From positions 870,001 to 902,000 of the forward strand of contig NC_007494.2 of assembly GCF_000012905.2 (NCBI RefSeq): a stretch of 32,000 nt of DNA. Reading direction: 5' to 3'. The translations under genes were made by a program, and so were the position numbers. The stretch comes from Cereibacter sphaeroides 2.4.1 (GTDB lineage: Bacteria > Pseudomonadota > Alphaproteobacteria > Rhodobacterales > Rhodobacteraceae). Under the pieces are notes generated by a model that worked only from the letters and a program-made list of their open reading frames with translations, made no database searches and had not been told where the DNA came from. Shown here piece by piece: positions 24,595 to 32,000 of the stretch. How positions within the stretch are numbered: the stretch's first letter is position 1; the number at the start of each line of letters is the position of its first letter.

Positions 24595-27500
24595 CAGACG
24601 GCCTCCGTCGGGTCGATCCGCACCCCCACCGTTCCGATCCGGCGCAGGTCCTTCGCGGTGGCGGTGGAGGCCTCGGCCCCCTTGCGAGCCCAGACCTTCA
24701 TCTCTGCGAGCTCGGCCCGCAGAGCCACGAGCTCGGCCTGCAGGTCGCGCACGGCCCCGGCCACCTCGGAGGCGCCCATGGCGGCGCCGCCGAGGATGTC
24801 GGCGGTCCGCCCCGCACTGTGGATGCGGCTCGGGCCGGTGGCCTCGAGCTCGGGCCCGAGCTCGCCCACGAGGCGCAGGCCGCCCGCATGGAGCCCGCCC
24901 GCGGCGAAGCCCGGGACGTCGAGGCCGATGGCCGACCAGTCGAACACCTCCGGCCGGAACGGCCGCAGGCCAGCGAGGATCGCCTCGCGGCCGTGGTTGC
25001 GGTAGTGGATGGTCGGGTCGTAGCCGTACTCATCCGCGGCCACGTCCGGGTAGAGCCGCAGGTAATCGGCGGTATCGAGCGGGATCCGGCCCTGCCGCTG
25101 CTGGAAGAGGCCCCAGAGATAGTCCTTCAGGCTCCCCGGCAGCCGGCGGATCGTCTCGATCCCGTCGAGCGGCGAGAAGCCCTCGACGGCCCGCATCACC
25201 TGCCCGATGGTCTTGCCATCGGTCGAGATCCCGGCCTTGGCCGCCATCGCCATGATCTGCTTGTCGGTGGCGAGGATGTCGCCGGCGGCATTGGTGGCGA
25301 GGCCTCCGGCGAAGGCCGAGAGAGCCGCTCCGCGCTCGCGCTGCCCGGCCGCGCGCTCTTGGGCGAGGATCGCGGCCCTCAGATCGTCGAGCGCGGTGCG
25401 CAGAGCGCCCATGGGGGCGGTGAGCGTGGTTCGGGTGGTGCTCTCGAACCAGGTCGAGAAGCCGGTCGAGGGGTCGAAGGCGAAGGAGCCTCCGAGCGTG
25501 ATCCGGCCGCCCTGGGCGCCGAGGGCCTTCAGGAGTTCCGCCATGCCGAGATCGGAGGCGGGCCTGTCCATCACCAGCGCGAGCCTGCGCACCGACTGCG
25601 CCACGCGGACGGCGGCGAGCGCGCGCAGATCGTCGGGCAGCGCGTCGGTCTTCGCCAGAAAGTCGATGCGCGCGAGGTGGTCGGACGAGGCCTTCGCCGC
25701 GATCCAGACCAGATCGAGCGAGAGATCCATCCGCCGCAGCACCATGTCGAGCGAGACCTCGACGCCGCTCGTGGCATTCTTCAGGATGCGGCGCAGGTCG
25801 GCCGGGATCGCGGCCGTCGCCGTCAGCCCCACGGTCACATCGATCCGCTCGCGGAGCGCGGCGTAGGAGATCTCCTTCGCCGCGGCGATGGCGCCTTCGA
25901 GGGAGCCCAGCTGAGCATTCAACGCCGCAATCTGCTCGGGCTTCAGCGCCTCGCCACCGGTCAGATAGTCCCGCACCTCGGTCAGGAGATCGACCTGCTC
26001 CCGATAGAGGCTGGCCAGCACATCCTCCTTCGCCCCCTCGAGGCCGGTCACGCCCTGCAGGAGCTGCAGGTCGGAGAGCACCTGCGCCTGCGCGCGCGCC
26101 ACATCCACCGCCGACCGGGCCTGCCCGCGCACGGCGTCGATATAGGCCGAGGCCGCGCCGGAGACGGCCTTGGCCGCCTCCTGATCCCCCGCCATCGCGC
26201 TCGCCAGCATGGTCTGGTAGCGCGCCTGCGACTGCGCCGCCGCGACCGCGGGCGAGATCAGCTCGGACGCGGCCGAGCGCAGGTCGCCGATGTAATCGCG
26301 CAGCGCCACCGTGACCTGATACCAGCCCTTCGCCGCCGCGGCCGCCGCCCGCTGCGCCTCGGCCGCGCCGGAGATCATGCCGTCGAGATCCGTGGAGATG
26401 GTGCCCACGAGCCCCGCCAGCCCGGCCGAGAGGCCGGCGACGCTCGGGAGGATCTGATCCATGACGCCGGCCATGCCGACGAGGGCCGCATAAAGCTCCC
26501 GACCGCGCTCGGTGGTCAGATCCTGCGCCTCGACCAGCCGGCGATATTCGGCGCGGGTCTGCGGAAGGGCCACGCCCATCTCGGCCAGCGCCTCGGTCGC
26601 CTGCCGGGTCGCGGTCTCCATCCGCTCGGCCTCGCTATAGAAGGCCTGGTAATAGGAGGAGGTGGCGGAGACGAGCCCGTCGAGCCCGCCGAAGAGCGCG
26701 GCCAGATCCGAGGCCATGCCGGCGGTCACCATATCCACGGCGCGGAAGCTGTGCCCCAGCGTGTCCATGACGCCGTTGACCCCGGACATGGCCGCGCTCA
26801 GCCGCTGCAGGGCCTCGACGAAGCTTTCGCCCTCCTTGACCAGAGCGGCGAGCTCGGGACGGGTCGAGACGAGCGTGTTGCCCGCGATCAGCTCGGCCAG
26901 ATCGCCCTGCTGCTTCCGGCCGAAGAAGGCGGAGAGAAGCCGGTCGCCGATGGATCCCTTGAGCCCGGTCACCACCGCATCGGACGTCCCCTCGGCGATC
27001 CGCTTCTCGAGGTCCCGGATCGCCTGGTCGTTCTTCCCGACATAGCCGAAGGCGCGGGCGGCGAAGTTGTCGCCGAGCTCGGTCAGCTTCTCCTGCAGCT
27101 TCGCCCCGATCTCCTCGTCGGAGAGCCCCTTGGTCGAGAACTTCACCGAGGCCGCGAAGCCCTTGAAGGCCTCGGCCCCGATGCCGAGCGTGTCCGCCAC
27201 ATCCATGACCGAGGCCTGCATCTGACCCACGGCCTTGACGATGGGGCCCGCCACCGCGCCGTCGGCGAGGCCATAGCTCGTGCGCCGCGACTTCGACAGC
27301 CCGCCGAACCGGGACTTCTCGACCTTCCTGTAGCTCTCCACCATCGCGTTCAGCTCGCGCACGGTGACGCGCAGGCCTGCGTCGAGGAGCTTCGTCTTCG
27401 AGCCGAAGAAGGAGAAAGCCGCCGCCACCGCGGCAATGGGGCCGAGGATGGCGCCCGCCGCCTGCGCGAAGCCCGCGAGACCGCTGGTGGCGAAGTTCAG

Positions 27501-29768
27501 GGAGCTGCCGATATAGGCCAGGCCGCCGGACAGGCCGCCCGTTGCAAAGTTCGAGAGCGCGCCCCAGGCGCCGGTGCCGAAGGCGGAAAGCGCGCCGCCG
27601 ATGCCGCCAAGCACCGCATTGATCCCGCTCGCGATGCCGCCGAGCGCACTGAGCGTGCCCATGCCGCCGGCGCCCGCGACGGCAGCCCCGGCCGCACCTG
27701 CGGCCGCGCCAGAGACCCCCAGGCCGAGCGAGAGCGTGATCCGGTTCGTCATGAACATGCCGATGATCTGTCGCAGCGTGTTCTTCGCGATGTCGAGGAG
27801 GCCCTTGAAGCCGCCGCGGAAGCCGTCGAGCATCCAGTCGACGGCAGAGCCCACGGCGCTGCGGAACTCCTCGAACACGGGGTTGTTCTCGCCCATCTCG
27901 GCCGCGATCTCCGCCAGGGCCCGCCGATACTGGTCCGCCGAGATCCTGCCGGCATCGAGGAGCTTCTTCAGCTCGGCCTGCTTCCGGCGATACTTCTCCA
28001 TCGGGTCGATCATCTCGAGATATTTCCGGGCGCTCTTGTCGAGAGCCTTCGCCTCGGCCGCAGCCGCCTTCGCGCCTCCGTTGGCGGCCTTCTCGGCCTC
28101 CGAGCGGGCCTTCTGCATCGCCCGCAGCTCCTCTTCCCGGACGGCGAGGATCTCCTGCGAGGCGAAGACCTGCGACGCGAGAGACTCCGCGCGGTCCGCA
28201 TCCATGCCCGCCGCCATCTTCGCCGCCACATAGGCCTGCCTATCAAGTTCGATGGCTGCGCGCTTGCCCGCGATCACCTCGTCCTGGCCGGCGCGGATCG
28301 CGGCCATCTGCGCGTCGACGATCGAGATCTGGCGCGAGGCCTCCGCCGCGGCGCTGTTGGCCGCGGAGCCGAGGTTTGCCGCCAGCCGCGCCGCTTCCGA
28401 TGCCGCAGAGGAAATGCTGCCGGTGAGACCGTTCATGGTCCCGAGCAACTGCAGGGCCGCGACATTGCCCTCGGCCGCGAGGCGCGCGAGGGTCTGGAAC
28501 TCGGGCGGAATGGCCTCGACCGCTCCGAACACGTCGACCATCGTCCGATGAAGGTCGGCCGCGCGCTTTGCCGCCTCCTCGGGGCCGGAGGACGCTCCCA
28601 CGGCGTGGATGGCTTCCGCGAGGCGCTTCCCTTCCTCCGCGGTCAGCCCGAACTGAGTGCGGAGGTTGGCGGCAGCCTGCGCCCCGACGCGGCCCGTGGC
28701 ATCCAGCTGCGATATGAGGCGACCGAAGGACGAAGGAATGGCATCCCCGATGCCCTCCATGGCCTTGCGAAGATCCTGAACAGCGGTGAGTTGCGCGAGG
28801 CTCTGCAGGGCGGCATAGGCCTCCCGCGCGCTCGCGGCGTTGGCGCCGAACTCGGCGGTGAGTTCCATGGCCGACTTGTGGGCGCGTTCCGAGGCGCTCT
28901 TGTAGCCGTCCACCGACTTCGTCAGATCGTCGATCTTCTCCTTCAGCCCAGCAGTCCCGGCGGCCATGCGCTGGAACACGGGAACGAGTGCTGCGCCGAT
29001 GGCGAGGATCGTCCCGAGGCCCGCCCCGATCAGGGCCAGCTTCCCGGAGAAGCCGAAGGCGCCGAGAAGCTGGGGCGCCTGCTGGGTGAAGGCGATCATC
29101 GCCGACTGACCCGAGGCGACCTGCACCGCGAAGTCCTGCACCTGGAACGAGGCATTGGTGATCGCGGGCGTGAACCGACCGATGCCTAGAGTGGCCGCCG
29201 TCGTCGCGCGATCCGCCGAGATCATCTGGGCGTCGAGCAGCTTGAGCGTCCGCGCGCGTTCCTGATCGCCGATGACCCCCGCCGCCTGCGCCGCATTCAG
29301 CGTCTCGAGCGCCTGCTCGTACCGCTTCGAGGCCGCATAGAGCGGATCGACCTGCGCCCGGAGCGAGGTATATCCGCGGGCGGCCGCATCCGCCGCGGCA
29401 GAGGTCTCCCGCTGCGCCCGTGCCGTCCGTTCGGCCGCCGTCTCCACCCCCATGTACTTCGCGGCGGCCTGCTCGAGGACGAGGTTCGCCGCCCGCTGGC
29501 TGGCGGCACCGCTCTCCACCATCCCCGCAAGCTCGCGCTGGATGGCGGCATAGCGTTGCGTCGCGGCGAAGGTCGGATCGATCGAGGCCCGCAGCTCCTC
29601 GAAGCTCCGGGCGCCGCCCATGGCGGAGGCCTTCGCAACCTCGAACGCCCGCGCCATGGCGTCGGACATCTGCTTTGCCGTCCGGCCGGCGGACTGAGCC
29701 CGGTTCTCGAACTGCGAGACGTCGAGGCCGAGGGTGGCGCGCATGGCGCCCATGTTCGATGCTGACAT
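24594..29768 (-). CDS. Tail tape measure protein (1724 aa)
   Basis: Start taken at ATG 29768 (MSASNMGAMRATLG...). The 80 extra codons in the track ORF run antisense through the YbjQ-like gene. The protein is Ala- and coiled-coil-rich, has internal hydrophobic Gly/Ala segments (about aa 700-800), and carries the C-terminal motif LVGELGPELEATGPSRIHSA typical of tape measure proteins. Confidence 0.88.
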   Translation of the reverse strand: MSASNMGAMRATLGLDVSQFENRAQSAGRTAKQMSDAMARAFEVAKASAMGGARSFEELRASIDPTFAATQRYAAIQRELAGMVESGAASQRAANLVLEQAAAKYMGVETAAERTARAQRETSAAADAAARGYTSLRAQVDPLYAASKRYEQALETLNAAQAAGVIGDQERARTLKLLDAQMISADRATTAATLGIGRFTPAITNASFQVQDFAVQVASGQSAMIAFTQQAPQLLGAFGFSGKLALIGAGLGTILAIGAALVPVFQRMAAGTAGLKEKIDDLTKSVDGYKSASERAHKSAMELTAEFGANAASAREAYAALQSLAQLTAVQDLRKAMEGIGDAIPSSFGRLISQLDATGRVGAQAAANLRTQFGLTAEEGKRLAEAIHAVGASSGPEEAAKRAADLHRTMVDVFGAVEAIPPEFQTLARLAAEGNVAALQLLGTMNGLTGSISSAASEAARLAANLGSAANSAAAEASRQISIVDAQMAAIRAGQDEVIAGKRAAIELDRQAYVAAKMAAGMDADRAESLASQVFASQEILAVREEELRAMQKARSEAEKAANGGAKAAAAEAKALDKSARKYLEMIDPMEKYRRKQAELKKLLDAGRISADQYRRALAEIAAEMGENNPVFEEFRSAVGSAVDWMLDGFRGGFKGLLDIAKNTLRQIIGMFMTNRITLSLGLGVSGAAAGAAGAAVAGAGGMGTLSALGGIASGINAVLGGIGGALSAFGTGAWGALSNFATGGLSGGLAYIGSSLNFATSGLAGFAQAAGAILGPIAAVAAAFSFFGSKTKLLDAGLRVTVRELNAMVESYRKVEKSRFGGLSKSRRTSYGLADGAVAGPIVKAVGQMQASVMDVADTLGIGAEAFKGFAASVKFSTKGLSDEEIGAKLQEKLTELGDNFAARAFGYVGKNDQAIRDLEKRIAEGTSDAVVTGLKGSIGDRLLSAFFGRKQQGDLAELIAGNTLVSTRPELAALVKEGESFVEALQRLSAAMSGVNGVMDTLGHSFRAVDMVTAGMASDLAALFGGLDGLVSATSSYYQAFYSEAERMETATRQATEALAEMGVALPQTRAEYRRLVEAQDLTTERGRELYAALVGMAGVMDQILPSVAGLSAGLAGLVGTISTDLDGMISGAAEAQRAAAAAAKGWYQVTVALRDYIGDLRSAASELISPAVAAAQSQARYQTMLASAMAGDQEAAKAVSGAASAYIDAVRGQARSAVDVARAQAQVLSDLQLLQGVTGLEGAKEDVLASLYREQVDLLTEVRDYLTGGEALKPEQIAALNAQLGSLEGAIAAAKEISYAALRERIDVTVGLTATAAIPADLRRILKNATSGVEVSLDMVLRRMDLSLDLVWIAAKASSDHLARIDFLAKTDALPDDLRALAAVRVAQSVRRLALVMDRPASDLGMAELLKALGAQGGRITLGGSFAFDPSTGFSTWFESTTRTTLTAPMGALRTALDDLRAAILAQERAAGQRERGAALSAFAGGLATNAAGDILATDKQIMAMAAKAGISTDGKTIGQVMRAVEGFSPLDGIETIRRLPGSLKDYLWGLFQQRQGRIPLDTADYLRLYPDVAADEYGYDPTIHYRNHGREAILAGLRPFRPEVFDWSAIGLDVPGFAAGGLHAGGLRLVGELGPELEATGPSRIHSAGRTADILGGAAMGASEVAGAVRDLQAELVALRAELAEMKVWARKGAEASTATAKDLRRIGTVGVRIDPTEAV

Positions 29769-29870
29769 TGGGAAAGCCGTTTCTTTCCTGCATTGCAGAA
29801 TTTTGAGGAGCTTGCGTTTGGAGCACCCCCCGCGGAGGGTGCGAACGTCGATCTGCCCGGAGGAGCCTGA

Positions 29871-30368
29871 ATGCCCGTCTGCAAAACATGCGGCCACAAG
29901 ACCGGATTTCTTGACGTCATTGACGGCCAATGTCGGAGGTGCCGACAGGAATCCCTTGAGGACGATCAGAGGGCCTCGGCCCAGGAAGCCGCGACCCGCA
30001 AAAAGCAAAGGGATGCGATTATCTTGACGACCGAGACGGCGCCAAATTTGCCGGTAATCCAGAGGCTCGGTATCGTCTCGTCAGAACGGGTATTCGGGCT
30101 CAACGCCTTCAAGGACATGTTTGTCGCTGTCCGCGACCTCGCCGGCGGAAAGAGCGTCACCTTGGAGAAGGCCTTTCAAGACGCCCGCAGAGATGCACTC
30201 GAAGATATCAAAACCAGAGCCTCAGAGCTTGGGGCGGACGCGGTTATAGCGATCTCATTCACGCATTCTCAAATCGCGGCTGGCGCAATTCACAGTTCGA
30301 TGGTGATGGTCGTCGCGACCGGAACCGCGGTCACGCTGGCGCCTGCGCCAGCCGCATCTGCGCCCTGA
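29871..30368 (+). CDS. Zn-ribbon + YbjQ/UPF0145-domain protein (opposite-strand moron)
   Basis: ATG with GGAGGAG 6 nt upstream. The N-terminus has CKTCGH...CRRC. The body aligns by eye with E. coli YbjQ: GLNAFKDMFVAVRDLAGGKSVTLEKAFQDARRDALEDIKTRASELGADAVIAISF...SSMVMVVATGTAV. Confidence 0.8.
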   Translation: MPVCKTCGHKTGFLDVIDGQCRRCRQESLEDDQRASAQEAATRKKQRDAIILTTETAPNLPVIQRLGIVSSERVFGLNAFKDMFVAVRDLAGGKSVTLEKAFQDARRDALEDIKTRASELGADAVIAISFTHSQIAAGAIHSSMVMVVATGTAVTLAPAPAASAP

Positions 30369-31202
30369 TGGCCTGAGCCAGCTCGCGCTTCCGGGCGGCC
30401 TCTCCGCCGGAGAAGGTCGGCGCCACGCCGTTCTTCTTCCGACCCTCGATCCGGCCTTCGACGTAGGCGGCCGACATGGCGCGGAGCTGGCGCGCCTCCC
30501 AGGGCTCGAGGTCGAGGCCTGCCCCGCGGCTGTAGGCCTCGATCTCGGCCCAGGAATGCGGGGCGAGCCCGCCCATCGGGTCGGTCGCGCACCAGCCGAG
30601 ACCGTCCTCGGCGGTGAGGCAGGCGATCAGATATTTGCCGGCCTCGATCTCGGGCAGGCCGAGCGGCCGCCGGGCCGCCCGCAGATCTTCCATCCGGGTC
30701 CGCTTCGCCGTCTCCGGCGTGGCCTGCAGGAAGCCCGTCTGACGCGCATAGAGCGTCAGTCGGGCGAGCCGTTTCCCAGATAGTTCGCGCGGCTGGTGGC
30801 AAAGCCCATGACCTGCTCGACGAAGCTCTTCTCGCCCTCGCGGCCGGTGATCAGGTTGAGGTTCAGGAACCACTCGGCATCGGCCGGGCCGGCGGGCGCC
30901 TCGCCGCGGTTCACGTTCCGGAAGCCCGCAACCAGCGGCTTTGCGGCGGCGACGAGGTTCGCATGGACCTCCTCCATGGTCTGGCGCTCGTCGTCGCGGT
31001 CGGTCTTCAGCCGTGCCTTCTGCGCGGCGCGGATCGCGGCTTGGGCGGCGCGGCTCTCGGAGCCGAGCACCAGCACCTCGCAGGGCTTCGCTTCGGCCTC
31101 GTCGGCGAAGAGGAGCCGGCCCGTGGCCGGGTGGCGGAGATGCAGCGGGCGGGCGGTTTCGGCCGCGGTGCGGCTGTCGAACTGGGTGAAGTCCATGTCC
31201 AT
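30331..31202 (-). CDS. Tail assembly chaperone GT fusion made by -1 programmed frameshift (about 290 aa)
   Basis: ORF 30331..30873 is in the -1 frame relative to ORF 30756..31202 (codon phases 0 versus 2 mod 3 on the minus strand). The slippery heptamer lies 5 codons before the G stop. Confidence 0.65.
30756..31202 (-). CDS. Tail assembly chaperone G
   Basis: 148-aa ORF between the major tail and tape measure genes. It is followed by an overlapping ORF in the -1 frame. Confidence 0.75.
   Translation of the reverse strand: MDMDFTQFDSRTAAETARPLHLRHPATGRLLFADEAEAKPCEVLVLGSESRAAQAAIRAAQKARLKTDRDDERQTMEEVHANLVAAAKPLVAGFRNVNRGEAPAGPADAEWFLNLNLITGREGEKSFVEQVMGFATSRANYLGNGSPD
30771..30777 (-). promoter_or_regulatory. 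-1 ribosomal frameshift slippery heptamer G_GGA_AAC
   Basis: The minus strand reads CTG GGA AAC GGC in the G frame, which fits the X_XXY_YYZ pattern. After the slip the reading GGG AAA CGG CTC continues the 30331..30873 ORF (..SGKRLARL..). Confidence 0.65.
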
Positions 31203-31264
31203 GATCCTTGGGGTTCGGGTTCAGGGGGTGGCCGCCGCCGATGACCCACGCCGGCCGCGGCCGG

Positions 31265-31286
31265 TCCCGCCCGTCGCCGGGCGGGA
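31265..31286 (-). terminator. GC-rich hairpin just downstream of the major tail gene (attenuator or terminator candidate)
   Basis: TCCCGCCCG-TCGC-CGGGCGGGA, a 9-bp perfect stem, lies 14 nt after the major tail stop. There is no U-tract. Confidence 0.3.
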
Positions 31287-31299
31287 TCCGGGGGGAGGC

Positions 31300-31770
31300 T
31301 CAGGCCTCCTCGACCGAGGTAAGCTCGGTCTCGATCTCGACGGTCACCGATCCCGAGACGACGCCGTTGGCGGGCGCGCTCTTGGTGAAGCCGAAGACCT
31401 TGCCCTGGAAGTAATCGGCCGCCCCCTCGGTCGAGAGCGGGTCGATCTTCGGGAAGGCGATCTTGAAGGCGATGCGGTTGCGGTTCTTCCGCGCGGCCTC
31501 GAGGATGGCCTGGCCCGCGTCGGTGCTGTTGAAGGCGAGCGGGATCTGCATCGAGCCGTAGTTCACCGCGCCGTGGTATTTCTGCGTGATGCCGGTCGCG
31601 AGCGGCGTGTGGTTCACCACCTCGGCGGAGCCGCCGTATTCGGGCACTTCGGTGACCTCGCCCACCGCGGTCCAGGTGAGGCCCCCGTAGGCCGTTTCGG
31701 TGGCGGCGGCGGGCAGCGCGGTCGAGGCATAGATCAGCGTGCCGATGCCCGGCGTGACGGTATCGTTCAT
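31300..31770 (-). CDS. Major tail (tube) protein
   Basis: ATG at 31770 (MNDTVTPGIGTLIYAST...), 156 aa. The position immediately upstream of the G/GT chaperones and the beta-rich composition fit a major tail protein. The upstream 21 codons in the track ORF are unlikely to be coding. Confidence 0.7.
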   Translation of the reverse strand: MNDTVTPGIGTLIYASTALPAAATETAYGGLTWTAVGEVTEVPEYGGSAEVVNHTPLATGITQKYHGAVNYGSMQIPLAFNSTDAGQAILEAARKNRNRIAFKIAFPKIDPLSTEGAADYFQGKVFGFTKSAPANGVVSGSVTVEIETELTSVEEA

Positions 31771-31881
31771 GGTGTTGCCCTTTCGGCAGGGGGCCGCGGC
31801 CCGCGGTGCGGGGTGCCTGAGGCCCGGTTGCAATGGATCGCCCGCTCTTCGGCCGAGGCCAGCCCGCGGACCGGGGCAAGG

Positions 31882-32000
31882 TCAGGGCGCGGGCCGAGGG
31901 ATCGGCCTGCGCCAGACGATGCGGAAGCTCGAGATCAGCGTGCCTACGGCCTGCTCGCCTTCCGTGTTGAGCGTGACCGTCACCTCCTCGGGCAGGCAGA
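31882..32000 (-). CDS. C-terminal end of an upstream phage structural gene (partial)
   Basis: My translation of the minus strand is ..CLPEEVTVTLNTEGEQAVGTLISSFRIVWRRPIPRPAP*, with the stop at 31882-31884. The position fits a head-tail joining or tail terminator gene. Identity is not determinable from 39 codons. Confidence 0.4.
   Translation of the reverse strand, partial: CLPEEVTVTLNTEGEQAVGTLISSFRIVWRRPIPRPAP

Larger units (their letters stand above)
17866..32000 (-). mobile_element. Prophage tail and lysis region (siphovirus-type), which continues beyond the right edge
   Basis: Collinear minus-strand order: major tail, G/GT chaperones, tape measure, tail proteins, fibre, holin-like protein, methylase, endolysin, membrane protein. 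Head, packaging, early and integrase genes are not in the window. Confidence 0.85.

Noticed and set aside
21982-29189. Very long plus-strand ORFs (21982..25005, 1007 aa; 24819..29189, 1456 aa) antisense to the tail genes
   Set aside because: These are shadow ORFs typical of very GC-rich DNA, since stop codons are rare in antisense frames. Their translations are Arg/Gly/Pro/Ala low-complexity with no motifs. The minus-strand frames give recognisable tape measure and fibre proteins with coupled starts and stops.
29769-30008. N-terminal 80-codon extension of the tape measure ORF (track start 30008)
   Set aside because: The extension runs antisense through the well-supported YbjQ-like gene and has atypical composition. 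The ATG at 29768 begins the tape-measure-like sequence.
17866-32000. Reading the structural cluster as a gene transfer agent (RcGTA-like) rather than a prophage
   Set aside because: The tape measure is very long. Lysis genes, a Dam methylase and morons are embedded in the cluster. In the established RcGTA organisation the lysis genes lie outside a compact structural cluster. This cannot be fully excluded without the head, packaging and integrase side.

Overview
High-GC alphaproteobacterial-type DNA (Rhodobacter-like by composition and protein flavour; inference only) made of four blocks. (1) 1-3230: core metabolic genes (amino-acid ABC permease and ATPase, DUF1989 protein, M24 peptidase). (2) 3231-5703: a 5'-truncated tRNA-Val-like remnant with adjacent direct repeats and a hairpin, which looks like an old integration junction, then a divergent ampR-ampC (LysR regulator and class C beta-lactamase) pair. 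(3) ~5740-17625: a visibly AT-richer, mosaic defence island with no integrase or transposase in view. It appears organised as cassettes separated by three copies of a ~70-nt hairpin-containing direct repeat. Cassette 1 is a 478-aa protein with a C-terminal PD-(D/E)xK nuclease motif plus two translationally coupled paralogous small proteins. Cassette 2 is a DUF4365-like nuclease protein plus an OLD ATPase/TOPRIM - minimal UvrD helicase - RES-domain operon. Cassette 3 is Vsr - m5C methyltransferase - restriction endonuclease. (4) 17866-32000: tail and lysis region of a siphovirus-type prophage on the minus strand. It contains the major tail protein, G/GT chaperones with a G_GGA_AAC -1 frameshift site, a 1724-aa tape measure, tail proteins, a repeat-containing fibre, holin-like proteins, a lipoprotein moron, an orphan Dam-type methylase, an M15 endolysin, and an opposite-strand Zn-ribbon/YbjQ moron. 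The best candidates for undescribed biology are the OLD-UvrD-RES triad (a Gabija-like core with an NAD-targeting effector and no Xre antitoxin), the nuclease plus two small paralogues operon, and the repeat-delimited cassette architecture. No CRISPR array, rRNA or intact tRNA was seen. All domain calls are motif recognition by eye and need HMM or BLAST confirmation.
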